This document shows, one piece after another, positions 20,276 through 31,969 of a stretch of 37,949 bases of DNA. The stretch spans positions 1-37,949 of the forward strand of contig KV454019.1 of assembly GCA_001661245.1 (NCBI GenBank). Reading direction: 5' to 3'. The position numbers were made by a program, and so were the translations under genes. The notes under the pieces are model-generated. The model searched no databases, was not told the DNA's origin, and saw nothing but the letters and a program-made list of their open reading frames with translations. The DNA comes from Pachysolen tannophilus NRRL Y-2460 (taxonomy: Eukaryota). How positions within the stretch are numbered: the stretch's first letter is position 1; every line of letters starts with the position of its first letter.

Positions 20276-22575
20276 CTAATGGGGTTGTTCCTCTATATCC
20301 ACTTGTCTCTGATCATTTTGAATTAGCAGATAATTGAGTTGTTCATTGAAAAAATCTGATTTTTCTCTTGTGTAATCAGCCAATTTATTTCTATATATCT
20401 TGAGTGATGTTAACATTATTTCTAGTGCATCTGATTTTTCGTAAAAATTTTGTGAATCAATTGTTGGTTCTATTTTGTCAGATGTTGTTATCAGTTGTTC
20501 TATCTTTGTTTGCTGATTATTTATTGATTCTACATCTTTATCTTCTTGTAATTCATCTAAAAGATTAGGTAATGACTGTCTTTGTTCTAATTGAACTTGT
20601 TCAATTTGTGAAAGTCTGTCTTCTGTTTTTACGGGAATTGACGCTTCCAAGAAATTATACCAATATGATAAAATTGATATTAATCTTGAATTTAAAATAT
20701 ATTTTGGTGATAATTTTTCTTGATCAAATTGAATCTCATGAAAAATTTCAGTATCAGATTCTTGAATAGGATTAACAAAATTTTTAATGGGATAATCTTC
20801 ATTTTGTGAGTCTGAAAAATAATTTAATGAACCTAATAAAGTATAAAGAATTTTAAATAATGATAATGTTAATTTTGTGGAATCATTTAAAAATTTAATT
20901 TTTTCAATAAATCTTGTTGTTGTTGTTGTTGTTGCTGCTGCTGTTGTTGTGCCAATAATTCAGATGTGCTTGGCAGTTCTTGATCTTCAACAAAAACAGT
21001 TTGTTCCTCTGTCATTACTTGATCGCCATCATTATCAGTTTTACTAAGTGATTCTTGTTCTTGATCTTGTTGTTCTTCTTCTTTTTTTTCCAAATCTTTA
21101 ATATTTTCCAATAAATTTTTTGGTTGTAATTTTTTCATTAATCTATAATCATCTGCTTCATTCAATATTTCCACTGTTTTATCAATATAATTTATTCTTA
21201 AATTTATAAGTTTCCCCGATGATATTAATCTTAATAATAAATTTTCAACTTCATCAATATTACAATTAAATATCTTTCCTAAATATGATAATTCCAAACA
21301 ATCATAATATTTAATGACTTTTAAAATTGTCTTTAAACGAATAATTGTTTGTAATTCATCCATATGATCAATTAAACTTGAATCAGATAATTTCCCAATT
21401 GTTTGATCCATCAATATTAAATTGTTAAATTTTTTAATATCAACATTTATAAAAGCATAATATAAATCTATATAAGTTTTAATTTCATCAAGTGAAATAA
21501 AACTTTGAAATTCTTTTGATTGGAAAGGATTAATTTCTGATTGACTTAACATATTAGATATTATTAATTTTTTCAAAATATGTAATCTTTTAGAATAATT
21601 ACCAGATTCATCATAATTTTTAAAACTTTCATAAAATTCATTTGAAGCTTTATTATAATAATTTTTTTTCATGTACATTTCACCACCAAATTCTTTAATA
21701 ATACCAATAATTCTTGGATGAGGAACAGCTGAACTTACCAATAAAGTTTTCCTATATAATTTTTGCAGTAAATGAAATTTCGATTCATCACCATTTAATA
21801 ATTGAATTTGTAAAGCTAATAATTCTAACATATATCTTCCTTTTAAAGTTTCTGAATTAGAAGATTCGCAAATTTTTTGTAAAGAAGATAATAATTTTAA
21901 TGCTTCATCATTAAAATTTTGTGATATTAAAAGGTTACATTTTTTCAAATTTGCCTTTAACCATAATCTATCATTATTTATATTTTTAAAATTTTCAATT
22001 ATACCTTTTAAAGTCATTTCAATAAATTTATTTAAAAAATTTAAATTTGAATTATCATAATGATCTAATATTTTATTAATTGATTCTTCAGCATAAAAAT
22101 AATTATTTAATTTTGGTATAATTTCAAATAATAAATTATATTTTTGTAAAAAATTATTAAAATCACCTAATTGAAAATAAATTTTTAATAATTGTTTTAA
22201 AGATTTAAAACAATATTTAAAACGATATTCTGAATTAATATCATTTCTATCTTGAATTTTTAAAATTTTAGAAAATTGTTTAATTGCCAATTGTAAATCT
22301 TCTTCCTTCAGAGCTTTGGCACTAAAATATTCATTATCCAAATCTTCATGAGAAATTTCGTCATCATTATTTTTTTTTACATCATCATCATCATCATCAT
22401 CATCACCAGTACGAGTACCACTAGCTCTAGCTCTAGCTTCAGCTCCAGCTTCAATTCCTGCGTTATTACCGTTGTGCTCATCATCCATTAGATCATCATC
22501 ATCATCCTCATACTCAAAAGAGTAATCGTCCTCGTCCTCGGACATTTGCATAAAATCATCATCTTCCTCCGACAT
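20276..22575 (-). CDS. CSN2: COP9 signalosome subunit 2-like PCI protein. Frame 0 runs 22575-20887 (562 aa) and an overlapping -1 frame continues to 20276 (about 766 aa if joined)
   Basis: Acidic N-terminus, FKSLKQL.K, Y.EESIN.ILD, NDRLW.K.NLK, SAVPHP.I.GIIKE.GG.M.M, F.ESFKNYDESG, SEINPF.S.E. The -1 frame is stop-free from 20959 to 20279. Confidence 0.8.
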
Positions 22576-22597
22576 TCCTAACCGCCTATACCAATAA

Positions 22598-22632
<35 letters not shown>

Positions 22633-23476
22633 ATCAGTTTTAAATTGTTCTTTTATTATAGAGGAAACTACAAGTAGTGCGCTCCGTATCAAATTGAAAT
22701 CGTATATATAAAACAAAAAAAGACAAAAAAGAATCTCATCTCAATCAATGTCATATGTCTTAATTTTTTTTGATTTTTAAAATATGATTTTAATAGTGGT
22801 CGTGCACTGAATGAAAACACAACACAACACAGCAAAACACTTCCAAGGCAGACCCGTGTCAATACCAATACAAAACTTTATTACCATAAAAAATTTATCC
22901 GTTCTCCCTCACGTTTTTCTTTCTCTCCAAGATTGAAAAAAAAAAATCTCAGCCGCATATTTTGTGTTAAATTTTTTTCTTTTCTTTTTTCTTTTTTCCA
23001 AATAAATAAATTTATACTAAACAATAGGCGGCGGCAGCGGCTTAAAAAAATATATATATATATATAAGAAATAAGCCCGGTTACGTAACACTTTTATTCC
23101 ATATTGGAAGATTAAGTAAAGTTTTCACCGTGAAAGGAAAGGAAAAAAAAATTAAGAAAAAAATTAACAAAAAAACAAAGAAAAAAAAAAAGGTGAAAGG
23201 TGAAAAAGCGTGTTGTTCAACGAAATTCATTTTGTACGCACATATATAATATTATAATTATTAAAATTATAATAACTATTTATTACAATTATAATAATTA
23301 ATTGAATTTAATTTAATAGATATAAGAATATATAATAATTATAAAAAAAATATTAATTGAAATATATTATTATTTTTTAAAAAAAAAATTAATTAATTAT
23401 TATAATATTATATTAATATTGATATAAAACTAACTTTACTGAATATTTTAGGTTCTTGCTTTAAAGAGAGATTTAA

Positions 23477-23883
23477 NNNNNNNNNNNNNNNNNNNNNNNN
23501 NNNNNNNNNNNNNNNNNNNNNNNNNNNNNNNNNNNNNNNNNNNNNNNNNNNNNNNNNNNNNNNNNNNNNNNNNNNNNNNNNNNNNNNNNNNNNNNNNNNN
23601 NNNNNNNNNNNNNNNNNNNNNNNNNNNNNNNNNNNNNNNNNNNNNNNNNNNNNNNNNNNNNNNNNNNNNNNNNNNNNNNNNNNNNNNNNNNNNNNNNNNN
23701 NNNNNNNNNNNNNNNNNNNNNNNNNNNNNNNNNNNNNNNNNNNNNNNNNNNNNNNNNNNNNNNNNNNNNNNNNNNNNNNNNNNNNNNNNNNNNNNNNNNN
23801 NNNNNNNNNNNNNNNNNNNNNNNNNNNNNNNNNNNNNNNNNNNNNNNNNNNNNNNNNNNNNNNNNNNNNNNNNNNNNNNNNNN
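23477..23883. other. Assembly gap
   Basis: Run of N. Confidence 1.
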
Positions 23884-23933
23884 TTTTTTTTTTTTGATTT
23901 TTTTTTTATTGTTTTTTTGTTTTTCTGGAAGCA

Positions 23934-26018
23934 ATGTCATATCAACAAAGAGCCATAAACAATAGTTCTAATAATAATAATAGCTCGGCAGCTGCGTCGA
24001 GGTTAAGATTAAACGATTTACTTGATAGCGTTAGAAAAGAATTTGATAGTTTATCCAATGAAACTTCAATTTATAAGAATCATCAAAATGAGGTGGATTT
24101 AAAATTTAACCAACAAAACCAGGAGTTGGCAAATATAAGAAATACTGTATATGAATTAGAAATGGCTCATAGGAAGATGAAGGAAGCTTATGAGGAGGAG
24201 ATTTTGAGGTTGAAGCAAGAGGTTGAAAATAGAGATCGATTGATTGCTCAACAACAACAACAGTTGATTGAAGGACCTCAAAGTACAAACAATGCAAACT
24301 CCAATAATGGTGTTAATAATAATAATAACAATAATAATAAGTACTATCCTCCAACTCCTCAACAATTGCCTCCTCCTCAACTAAGTCAACAACAACAACA
24401 GCTGCTGCAACAACAACTGCAACAACAACAACACCAACTGCAACAACTGCAACAACTGCAGCAGCAGCAGCAGGCTAATAACCAATTACCACCGCTTCCT
24501 CTTTCTAGAACCTCGCCAAATGGAGACGTTCAAGTCCAACCACCGTTCAATAATAATAATCTTCCGAAAGTTGAAGGTTCTGGTCAACTGACTGCCCCTC
24601 AGTTGCCTCCTCCACAGCAGTTACCACCACACCTGGGTGCACAGCAACAACAACAACCGCAACAGCAGCAACAGCCAATCCATCCAGGTGGGCATGGTGC
24701 TGGTGCTGGTGCTGGTACTGGTACTGGTGCTTCAAGTCAGCAACCACCGGCACCAGAACTGTCGCAGCAGCTGCTGCTGCAACTGGCCTCATCAGAGAGA
24801 CCTTCTCGCAGAGACGATCAAGGTTTGTCTCCATCTTCCCAGGCACTTTCTTTAAGATCTCAGCACGATAAAGAAATTCCTCCTTTCTTGCAGGATTTGG
24901 ATTCTGCTCCTGTTCCTTCACAATTTAAGAAACAAGCCAATGACTATTATGTGTTGTTTAATCCAGAACTTCCAAAGACAATTGATATTGATTTAATACA
25001 TTCATTGGATCATTCTTCAGTTGTATGTTGTGTTAGATTTTCTAAAGATGGTCATTTTTTGGCAACAGGTTGTAATAAAGTTACTCAAGTTTTTGGTGTT
25101 GAAACTGGTGAGTTGGTTGCTAGGTTATCTGATGATTCAGCATCACAGACAACCACCAATAGCGATGGTACCACTACAACGAACTATCAAACCGATTCTG
25201 GTGATTTATATATAAGATCTGTTTGTTTCTCACCGGATGGGAAATATTTAGCCACCGGTGCAGAAGATAAATTAATTAGAATTTGGGACTTATCAACAAG
25301 AACTATAGTTAAAGTTTTGAAAGGACATGAACAAGATATTTATTCTTTGGATTTCTTTCCAGATGGTTCGAAATTGGTTAGTGGTTCTGGTGATAGAACA
25401 GTTCGTATTTGGGATTTGGTTTCTTCTCAATGTGCTTTAACCTTATCAATAGAAGATGGTGTCACTACTGTTGCTGTATCACCTGATGGTAAACTCGTTG
25501 CTGCAGGTTCATTGGATAGAACTGTAAGAGTTTGGGATGCTTCTACTGGATTCTTGGTGGAAAGATTAGATCCTGAAAATGAAAATGGTAATGGGCATAA
25601 GGATTCAGTTTATTCTGTTACTTTTACCCATGATGGTAGAGAAATTGCTTCGGGTTCCTTAGATAGAACTGTTAAATTATGGGCATTGAACAAATTGACT
25701 AACTCACCATCATCACAAGAAACTTCAGCAACTGCAAGACCATCATCGACTTGTGAAGTCACATATGTTGGTCATAAAGATTTTGTACTTAGTGTCTGTA
25801 CTACTCCAGATAATGAATTCATCTTATCTGGTTCTAAAGATAGAGGTGTTATTATTTGGGATAAGAAAGTTGGTACTCCATTGTTGATGCTTCAAGGGCA
25901 TAGAAACAGTGTAATTTCGGTTAGTGTTAGTGCTTTAGTCGATAATGGTAATAGTGGTTATTTTGCAACCGGTAGTGGTGATTGTAAGGCAAGAATTTGG
26001 AAATGGACTAGAATTTAA
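23934..26018 (+). CDS. TUP1: Transcriptional corepressor Tup1
   Basis: RLNDLLD..R.EF and YELE.AHRKMK..YEEEI helix, Q-rich linker, WD40 repeats ([44 protein letters not shown]). Confidence 0.98.
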   Translation: MSYQQRAINNSSNNNNSSAAASRLRLNDLLDSVRKEFDSLSNETSIYKNHQNEVDLKFNQQNQELANIRNTVYELEMAHRKMKEAYEEEILRLKQEVENRDRLIAQQQQQLIEGPQSTNNANSNNGVNNNNNNNNKYYPPTPQQLPPPQLSQQQQQLLQQQLQQQQHQLQQLQQLQQQQQANNQLPPLPLSRTSPNGDVQVQPPFNNNNLPKVEGSGQLTAPQLPPPQQLPPHLGAQQQQQPQQQQQPIHPGGHGAGAGAGTGTGASSQQPPAPELSQQLLLQLASSERPSRRDDQGLSPSSQALSLRSQHDKEIPPFLQDLDSAPVPSQFKKQANDYYVLFNPELPKTIDIDLIHSLDHSSVVCCVRFSKDGHFLATGCNKVTQVFGVETGELVARLSDDSASQTTTNSDGTTTTNYQTDSGDLYIRSVCFSPDGKYLATGAEDKLIRIWDLSTRTIVKVLKGHEQDIYSLDFFPDGSKLVSGSGDRTVRIWDLVSSQCALTLSIEDGVTTVAVSPDGKLVAAGSLDRTVRVWDASTGFLVERLDPENENGNGHKDSVYSVTFTHDGREIASGSLDRTVKLWALNKLTNSPSSQETSATARPSSTCEVTYVGHKDFVLSVCTTPDNEFILSGSKDRGVIIWDKKVGTPLLMLQGHRNSVISVSVSALVDNGNSGYFATGSGDCKARIWKWTRI

Positions 26019-27042
26019 TTAAGTAACTAAAAAAAAAAAAAAAAATTAACTTTTCACACTTGTCGTTAATGTTTGCTTTTGTATTTCTGAACTTTTTCCT
26101 TTTTATTTTTATTTTTATTTTTTATTTTCTCGCCTTATACTTTTTATATTTACTTTTTTTTTTTCTTTTTCCTTTGAATTATTATCCTTATAGGATGATT
26201 TCATTTGTGCTATAACGATTTTATATTTTTTTTTATTTTTATTTTTATTTTTTAATCTTTTTTTTTATTATTATTTTATTTGTGTTTTTGAGTTTCAATA
26301 TCTTATGGATTAATTCAATTTTTTATTTTTAGTTTCAAATATGCTCTTTCTGTTTTGTATATTTATGAAAATTATTTATGAAAAAACTTTCTAGGCTCAC
26401 TTTTTTAGATCACGAATATTAAAATATATATTATAAGAAGTATTCTTAAATTTGAATCAAGTGTATAGGAAACTACATTTATGATGCAATAATGTTAATA
26501 ATACTGTTCATTTAAAAATGTATATATTGAAAAAATTGAAAAAATTGTATCATGCAGCTTTATCACGCGAGGCCTAACTATACTTAACTCTATCTAGACA
26601 TTAAAGAAAAAAACAAAATATTAACTATGCTCTCACACGACATGAAGCCCAATGATAAGTATTAAGATGGACCAAAGATTGTTTGTACCCCCAAAAAAAT
26701 GATAAATACCTTCATTAACTAACGATGAGTTTTATCATCAAATTATAGGACACATTATATAGATAAAAAGATGCTTAGCGGTAGTTAATATTGCTTCTTA
26801 AAAGGGAAATTTTAGTTGAGGTTTTGGGAAAAAAAGAAATTTTCTGCGTGTTGAAACGCATGGATCAACACTATCTCGTTAAATAGCATATCACATCCGG
26901 TTTAATAGGTAATCTTTTTCGTGTCAGCCTTATGATAGAAAAGTATTATTTTCTTCTCTTTTTTTTTTTGGTTTTTTCTTCTCAATAAGTTTCTTAAGGA
27001 AGAGAAGGAGAATAGTTAAAAGATTCAGGAATATCTGGGTGC

Positions 27043-29457
27043 ATGGAAATGCGTTTGATGTTCTTGACTTTTAGAAGTGTTCCTACAAAAATTTTCAGGG
27101 TTTTAATTATACTGGTAATTGTTAGTACTATATCCTACTTATCCTTTGTGGATCGTAATATACTGTTGAGAAATGGTAATTTACACTTATCATCTGAGGG
27201 TAAAACTTTTGGAAATATTATAGGGTTAAACACTTCTATTGATGAGAAAGAATCTAGAGTTAGAACTTTTCTTCCTTCTAATTTGTACCCTCAAGAATTA
27301 GTACCGCATGTTCAACAGGCGAAAAATTTCGGAAAGTTTGATCCAAGACTTTTACCAGCGCTTTATATTGATATTATTAATGATGCACTTTTATCATCTG
27401 GTGAACTCTTTGACGATTTTAAATTACCATTTAATTGGAATATGCTTTTAGATTTCACAACGAAATTGATGGAAACTTCTTTAGTGGATAAATTTGTTAA
27501 AACTGAAGCCAGTTGTGAATCATTTAGATCTGAAATAGGATATAAGGATAAGGATAATTTTGCCTGTAAAGAGTATACAAAAAACTCAAAAGATAATATT
27601 TATAATTTGAATTTTGAATTATACGCAAACTGTTTAACTTATTTCAAAAGTGATGCATTAAGAAAAATATATGCATATATACATGGTTTGACTTCTTTCC
27701 AAATTCCAGATAAAATTGTATTTTTAGGTATTGTTGGAGGAGGAAATGGTTCTTTAGTTTTGCCTACATATAAAATAGAAGATAATAAGCAAAATTTGAA
27801 AGTTAACAAAAATATTGATGATAGCAAATCATTGGCAATTGATAAGTTGTCATTGGAATTTTTAAATAGAAAATTAAAAAAAAACATAAATCAGAAGTAC
27901 CAACTTTTGTTTGACGGAATATCAGTTTATAAAACTGTCAAAGAGTTTAATAATATTATATTGGATTTTTCAATAAATGAAAAATTTCTTATGAGTAATG
28001 CAAAAACAAAACAGGATTTGCATAAGCTTCATGCACCAGATTCTGAACTCTTCTTGTGGAATTCAAAAGAAGAACTAAATAAGATTAAAAAGGAAATGGA
28101 GTTGGATAAGAATAATATTTCAGTTTTGAAAAAATTATCAATTTCTTTAGAAACATCTTTATTACCAAACTTTAGGGAAAAAAAATATTTTGGAGAAGCA
28201 TACATTAGTTCAAGAAAGGTAGAGAGTGGTCACTTTGATTGGAGATTTTTTGATTTATTTACTCAAGATTCTGCTCCCTTACATCAAGCTACCATTCACA
28301 GAATGGCAAGATCTTGGTTTAAACTATGTCAAGACAGTGATGTACCTACATGGCTTAATCATGGTTCATTAATTGGTTGGTACTGGAATGGTTACAACTT
28401 ACCTTACGATAACGACATAGATGTTCAGCTTCCAATTCAGTCTTTATATAAATTGGCTAAAAATTTGAACAATTCTTTAATATTTGACGTTACCAATGTT
28501 AAAGATTATGTTAATGATGATTTAAAAATCGATAACATGGCAGAAATGGGATTTAGGAGTTATTATTTAGATATTAATCCAGGTTTTGTAACTCGAGATA
28601 AATTACAAAATAAACACAACTTAATTGATGCTAGATTCATTGATGTTAGAACCGGATTATACATTGATATTACAGCATTGGCAGATTTTAATTATCATAC
28701 CAATAAAGATATTGATTTACTGTATAAAATTATGGATAAGTTTGATAAACTGGATAGTTCTAGATTCATGCAAAATTTAAATTATGATTTATTTTACAAT
28801 GGTTTAAAAGAAAAGACAGATTTAGTTGGTAAATCCAAAAAACAATCAAAGGAAAACAAAAAACTGAAAGCCGATGAAGAATTTCAAAAAATTAAAGAGA
28901 ATTTCTTGGTAACAGCAAATGAATCACCAGAAATGGCCACTCTGATTTTTCAAAATTTAGTACATTGTCGTAATTACCATTTTTACAATATTAGTGAATT
29001 ATTACCATTGATCCCAATTTATTTTGAAAACACTTTAAGTTATATACCTTCAAATTGGTTAAGAAATTTAATAATTGAATATGATTCAAGTGTTTTAACC
29101 ACTGAATCTTTCAGAAGATATAGATTTTTCCGTGAATTAAATATATGGGTTAATAAGGATAGATGCCAATATAACTTTGAACAAAGTGACGCAGAAAATG
29201 CTCAAACATGTCTAGAAAAAGATGTTGTCGCTAGAAAAGAATTTAATAGAGTCAAAGAGTATGTGCGATCAAATAATAAGTTGCTAGAAAAAATTCTTCC
29301 ATTTCCCTCATTAAATGATATTAAAGACATTAAGTATACCCTTTCTGCTCAATACTTTCAAGAAGACATAATGAACAGTATATTAAATGAGTTTGATGAA
29401 TGTTTGCTAAAACCAGAACCTTGGATAACTAGAAACCTATTTCTATCGGATATTTAG
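27043..29457 (+). CDS. MNN4: Mnn4/Mnn14/Pno1-like LicD-family mannosylphosphorylation protein (type II membrane)
   Basis: N-terminal TM, FDPRL, LPF.W, HFDWRFF, WL.HGSL.GWYWNG..LP.D.DIDVQ and IDARFID..TGLYIDIT. The exact paralogue is uncertain. Confidence 0.8.
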   Translation: MEMRLMFLTFRSVPTKIFRVLIILVIVSTISYLSFVDRNILLRNGNLHLSSEGKTFGNIIGLNTSIDEKESRVRTFLPSNLYPQELVPHVQQAKNFGKFDPRLLPALYIDIINDALLSSGELFDDFKLPFNWNMLLDFTTKLMETSLVDKFVKTEASCESFRSEIGYKDKDNFACKEYTKNSKDNIYNLNFELYANCLTYFKSDALRKIYAYIHGLTSFQIPDKIVFLGIVGGGNGSLVLPTYKIEDNKQNLKVNKNIDDSKSLAIDKLSLEFLNRKLKKNINQKYQLLFDGISVYKTVKEFNNIILDFSINEKFLMSNAKTKQDLHKLHAPDSELFLWNSKEELNKIKKEMELDKNNISVLKKLSISLETSLLPNFREKKYFGEAYISSRKVESGHFDWRFFDLFTQDSAPLHQATIHRMARSWFKLCQDSDVPTWLNHGSLIGWYWNGYNLPYDNDIDVQLPIQSLYKLAKNLNNSLIFDVTNVKDYVNDDLKIDNMAEMGFRSYYLDINPGFVTRDKLQNKHNLIDARFIDVRTGLYIDITALADFNYHTNKDIDLLYKIMDKFDKLDSSRFMQNLNYDLFYNGLKEKTDLVGKSKKQSKENKKLKADEEFQKIKENFLVTANESPEMATLIFQNLVHCRNYHFYNISELLPLIPIYFENTLSYIPSNWLRNLIIEYDSSVLTTESFRRYRFFRELNIWVNKDRCQYNFEQSDAENAQTCLEKDVVARKEFNRVKEYVRSNNKLLEKILPFPSLNDIKDIKYTLSAQYFQEDIMNSILNEFDECLLKPEPWITRNLFLSDI

Positions 29458-29470
29458 TTTTTTAATAGAC

Positions 29471-29508
<38 letters not shown>

Positions 29509-29534
29509 CAATATTATTATATATATAATATATA

Positions 29535-29804
29535 NNNNNNNNNNNNNNNNNNNNNNNNNNNNNNNNNNNNNNNNNNNNNNNNNNNNNNNNNNNNNNNNNN
29601 NNNNNNNNNNNNNNNNNNNNNNNNNNNNNNNNNNNNNNNNNNNNNNNNNNNNNNNNNNNNNNNNNNNNNNNNNNNNNNNNNNNNNNNNNNNNNNNNNNNN
29701 NNNNNNNNNNNNNNNNNNNNNNNNNNNNNNNNNNNNNNNNNNNNNNNNNNNNNNNNNNNNNNNNNNNNNNNNNNNNNNNNNNNNNNNNNNNNNNNNNNNN
29801 NNNN
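29535..29804. other. Assembly gap flanked by (AT)n microsatellites
   Basis: Run of N with (AT)n on both sides. Confidence 1.
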
Positions 29805-29808
29805 TTAT

Positions 29809-29846
<38 letters not shown>

Positions 29847-30273
29847 GTTATAATACACATATTTATTTAATCATTACTAAATAGTACTAATTTGGCTTTG
29901 ATCTTGATTCAAATCCATCTCTATTGAAATTTGTGAAATTTCAATTTGAGTTTCCAAAATAGGTTTAATGCACAAGACATTTAATTTACTCGCTCGCTTA
30001 AAAAAATAATATTGAAAAATTATATCTAAATCTAACTAATTTAAACTAATTATTCAGAGATTTATCACTATTTCAGAGTTTCATTCAACTTATTAATCTT
30101 TTCATTAGAAGAGTTTAAGGTTAATATTATTGATTGATATAATTGCTTTATTTTTTTTATTAGTTGGTTTTCTTTATTTTTTTCTTTTTCAATTTTTTCG
30201 ATTTTTTACAATTTTAGTTATTATTAATGGCCTTTGATACTTTTTTATTGTTAGATTTCAACATTAGTTGGTC

Positions 30274-31443
30274 ATGAACAGTTCAGGACTTGATATATTA
30301 ATTGAAGAGAAAGAACATGATTTATATAATCTGGAAGAGGAGGTGAGAGATACGGAGAAATTTACAGTGCCACCTGAAAATATTTGTTTACTTCCTCCTT
30401 TACCATCATCTGTTTCTTTAATTTTACAAACAGGTGTGAATCTGGCAACAGATGGAAATAGAGCAGCAGATGGTGATCTAAAACAAGTTTCCTCATCGAG
30501 CACAACAGTTCCTACGCCGCTGTCTAGTCCGATTTTGGGTTCCACTGTTAATCAATCGTTTAAGAACTTGGGTAATAATGGAAAATCTATTTCTTCTTCC
30601 CAGATCTTATTGGCGAATTCGTATAATATTGAAGATGATGATAGAGGTAATGAGAATACTGAAGCTGGTGATATGCTGGCTAGGGGTACTTCGAAAAATA
30701 ATATTTTGAAAAGAATCAAATCAGGTATTCGGAAAATTTCATCACCGTTGCAGTCTAATTTCCCATTAGAAGATTCTCCACAACCGTATGGGAAATCAGA
30801 TCTCTCACCGTGTTTGCATGATTCTGATGGAGAAACAGATGAACAACAACAACAGCAACAACAGCAGCTGCTGCAGCTGCTGCAGCTGCAAGGATTTTCT
30901 AGAAAAACTTTTACGCCCAAACATATTTCTACATTTTCCAATACGTCGAATTCATCATCTGTTTCATTATCTCTGAGCCCTTTTCACATTTCAAGACATT
31001 CACCTAATACTAGTATAAGTAACACTAGAAGTTTAGACGCCACTAGTCGTTCTGGGTATCTATTACCAACATCGCCTATTATCACGGTTAATGAGAAAGG
31101 CAATACAAACATGGGCGATAAATCAAATGGATCAGATTATGATTATGGCTATTGCAATTCAAACGATTTTACTGGATTGGATTTTGCTCGAGGTAGTGAC
31201 AATTTATTTAGCATAGACCATCTCAAGACAAAAGAGGATCAGGAGTTGTATCTACAACTGTTGAAACAACAGTTTCAAGATGAAATCAATGCCTTTGAAG
31301 TCACAGAATTCCATCTAAGTAATTCGGGTTGGTATTCAGATAGAGATTTACTGGAAATAAAGAAAAAAAGAGAAACCACTGTAAGATTTTGGAAAGAAAA
31401 TATTGAAAGATTGGAAATTTTAATTGCTGGAAATCAAAAATAA
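30274..31443 (+). CDS. Uncharacterised Ser/Pro-rich protein with a Q/CTG tract and short helical C-terminal domain
   Basis: 389-codon ORF from ATG 30274. No family recognised. Confidence 0.75.
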   Translation: MNSSGLDILIEEKEHDLYNLEEEVRDTEKFTVPPENICLLPPLPSSVSLILQTGVNLATDGNRAADGDLKQVSSSSTTVPTPLSSPILGSTVNQSFKNLGNNGKSISSSQILLANSYNIEDDDRGNENTEAGDMLARGTSKNNILKRIKSGIRKISSPLQSNFPLEDSPQPYGKSDLSPCLHDSDGETDEQQQQQQQQLLQLLQLQGFSRKTFTPKHISTFSNTSNSSSVSLSLSPFHISRHSPNTSISNTRSLDATSRSGYLLPTSPIITVNEKGNTNMGDKSNGSDYDYGYCNSNDFTGLDFARGSDNLFSIDHLKTKEDQELYLQLLKQQFQDEINAFEVTEFHLSNSGWYSDRDLLEIKKKRETTVRFWKENIERLEILIAGNQK

Positions 31444-31969
31444 CATGAGGTATACATACCACATTCATTAATTTGAATAGGTAGATGGGAAATAATATAT
31501 ATATAAAATATAAAGGTATAAAAGTATAAAGGTATAAAAGGTATAAAAGGTATAAATATATAAAATTAAGTAATTGCAAATGTTCACCAATAAAGGCTTC
31601 TTAATTTGTTAAAATGTAAACAATTTTTTTCTGTTTTGTTTTTTATTTTTTTTTAATTGTTTTTGGTGTATTTTTTTGCTTGTTTTCAAATTTTTGATTT
31701 ATTGGTATTATAATCAGAATTTTAAAGAGCAGATATCTAAATAGCTAGATAATATAGAGAGTCTTTTTGGCGTTTGAATTTTTGCTCTTAGAACTGGAGG
31801 TAAATATCGTTGCTTATGCTGTATTGTATATGAATACAGGAGTTGTTTTTTTTTTTTTTTGTAATTGAAAATAAATTATAATAAATTATTTTGGTATTAA
31901 TTGTCAATGTCTAGAGATAACATTTTAAAATAACACAAATAAAATCGCAAGTTCGAATTCATATTAATC

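Noticed and set aside
20276..20650. Stand-alone 124-aa gene
   Set aside because: It starts at TTG, and its frame stays open upstream into the end of the CSN2-like ORF, so it is better explained as a frameshifted continuation.
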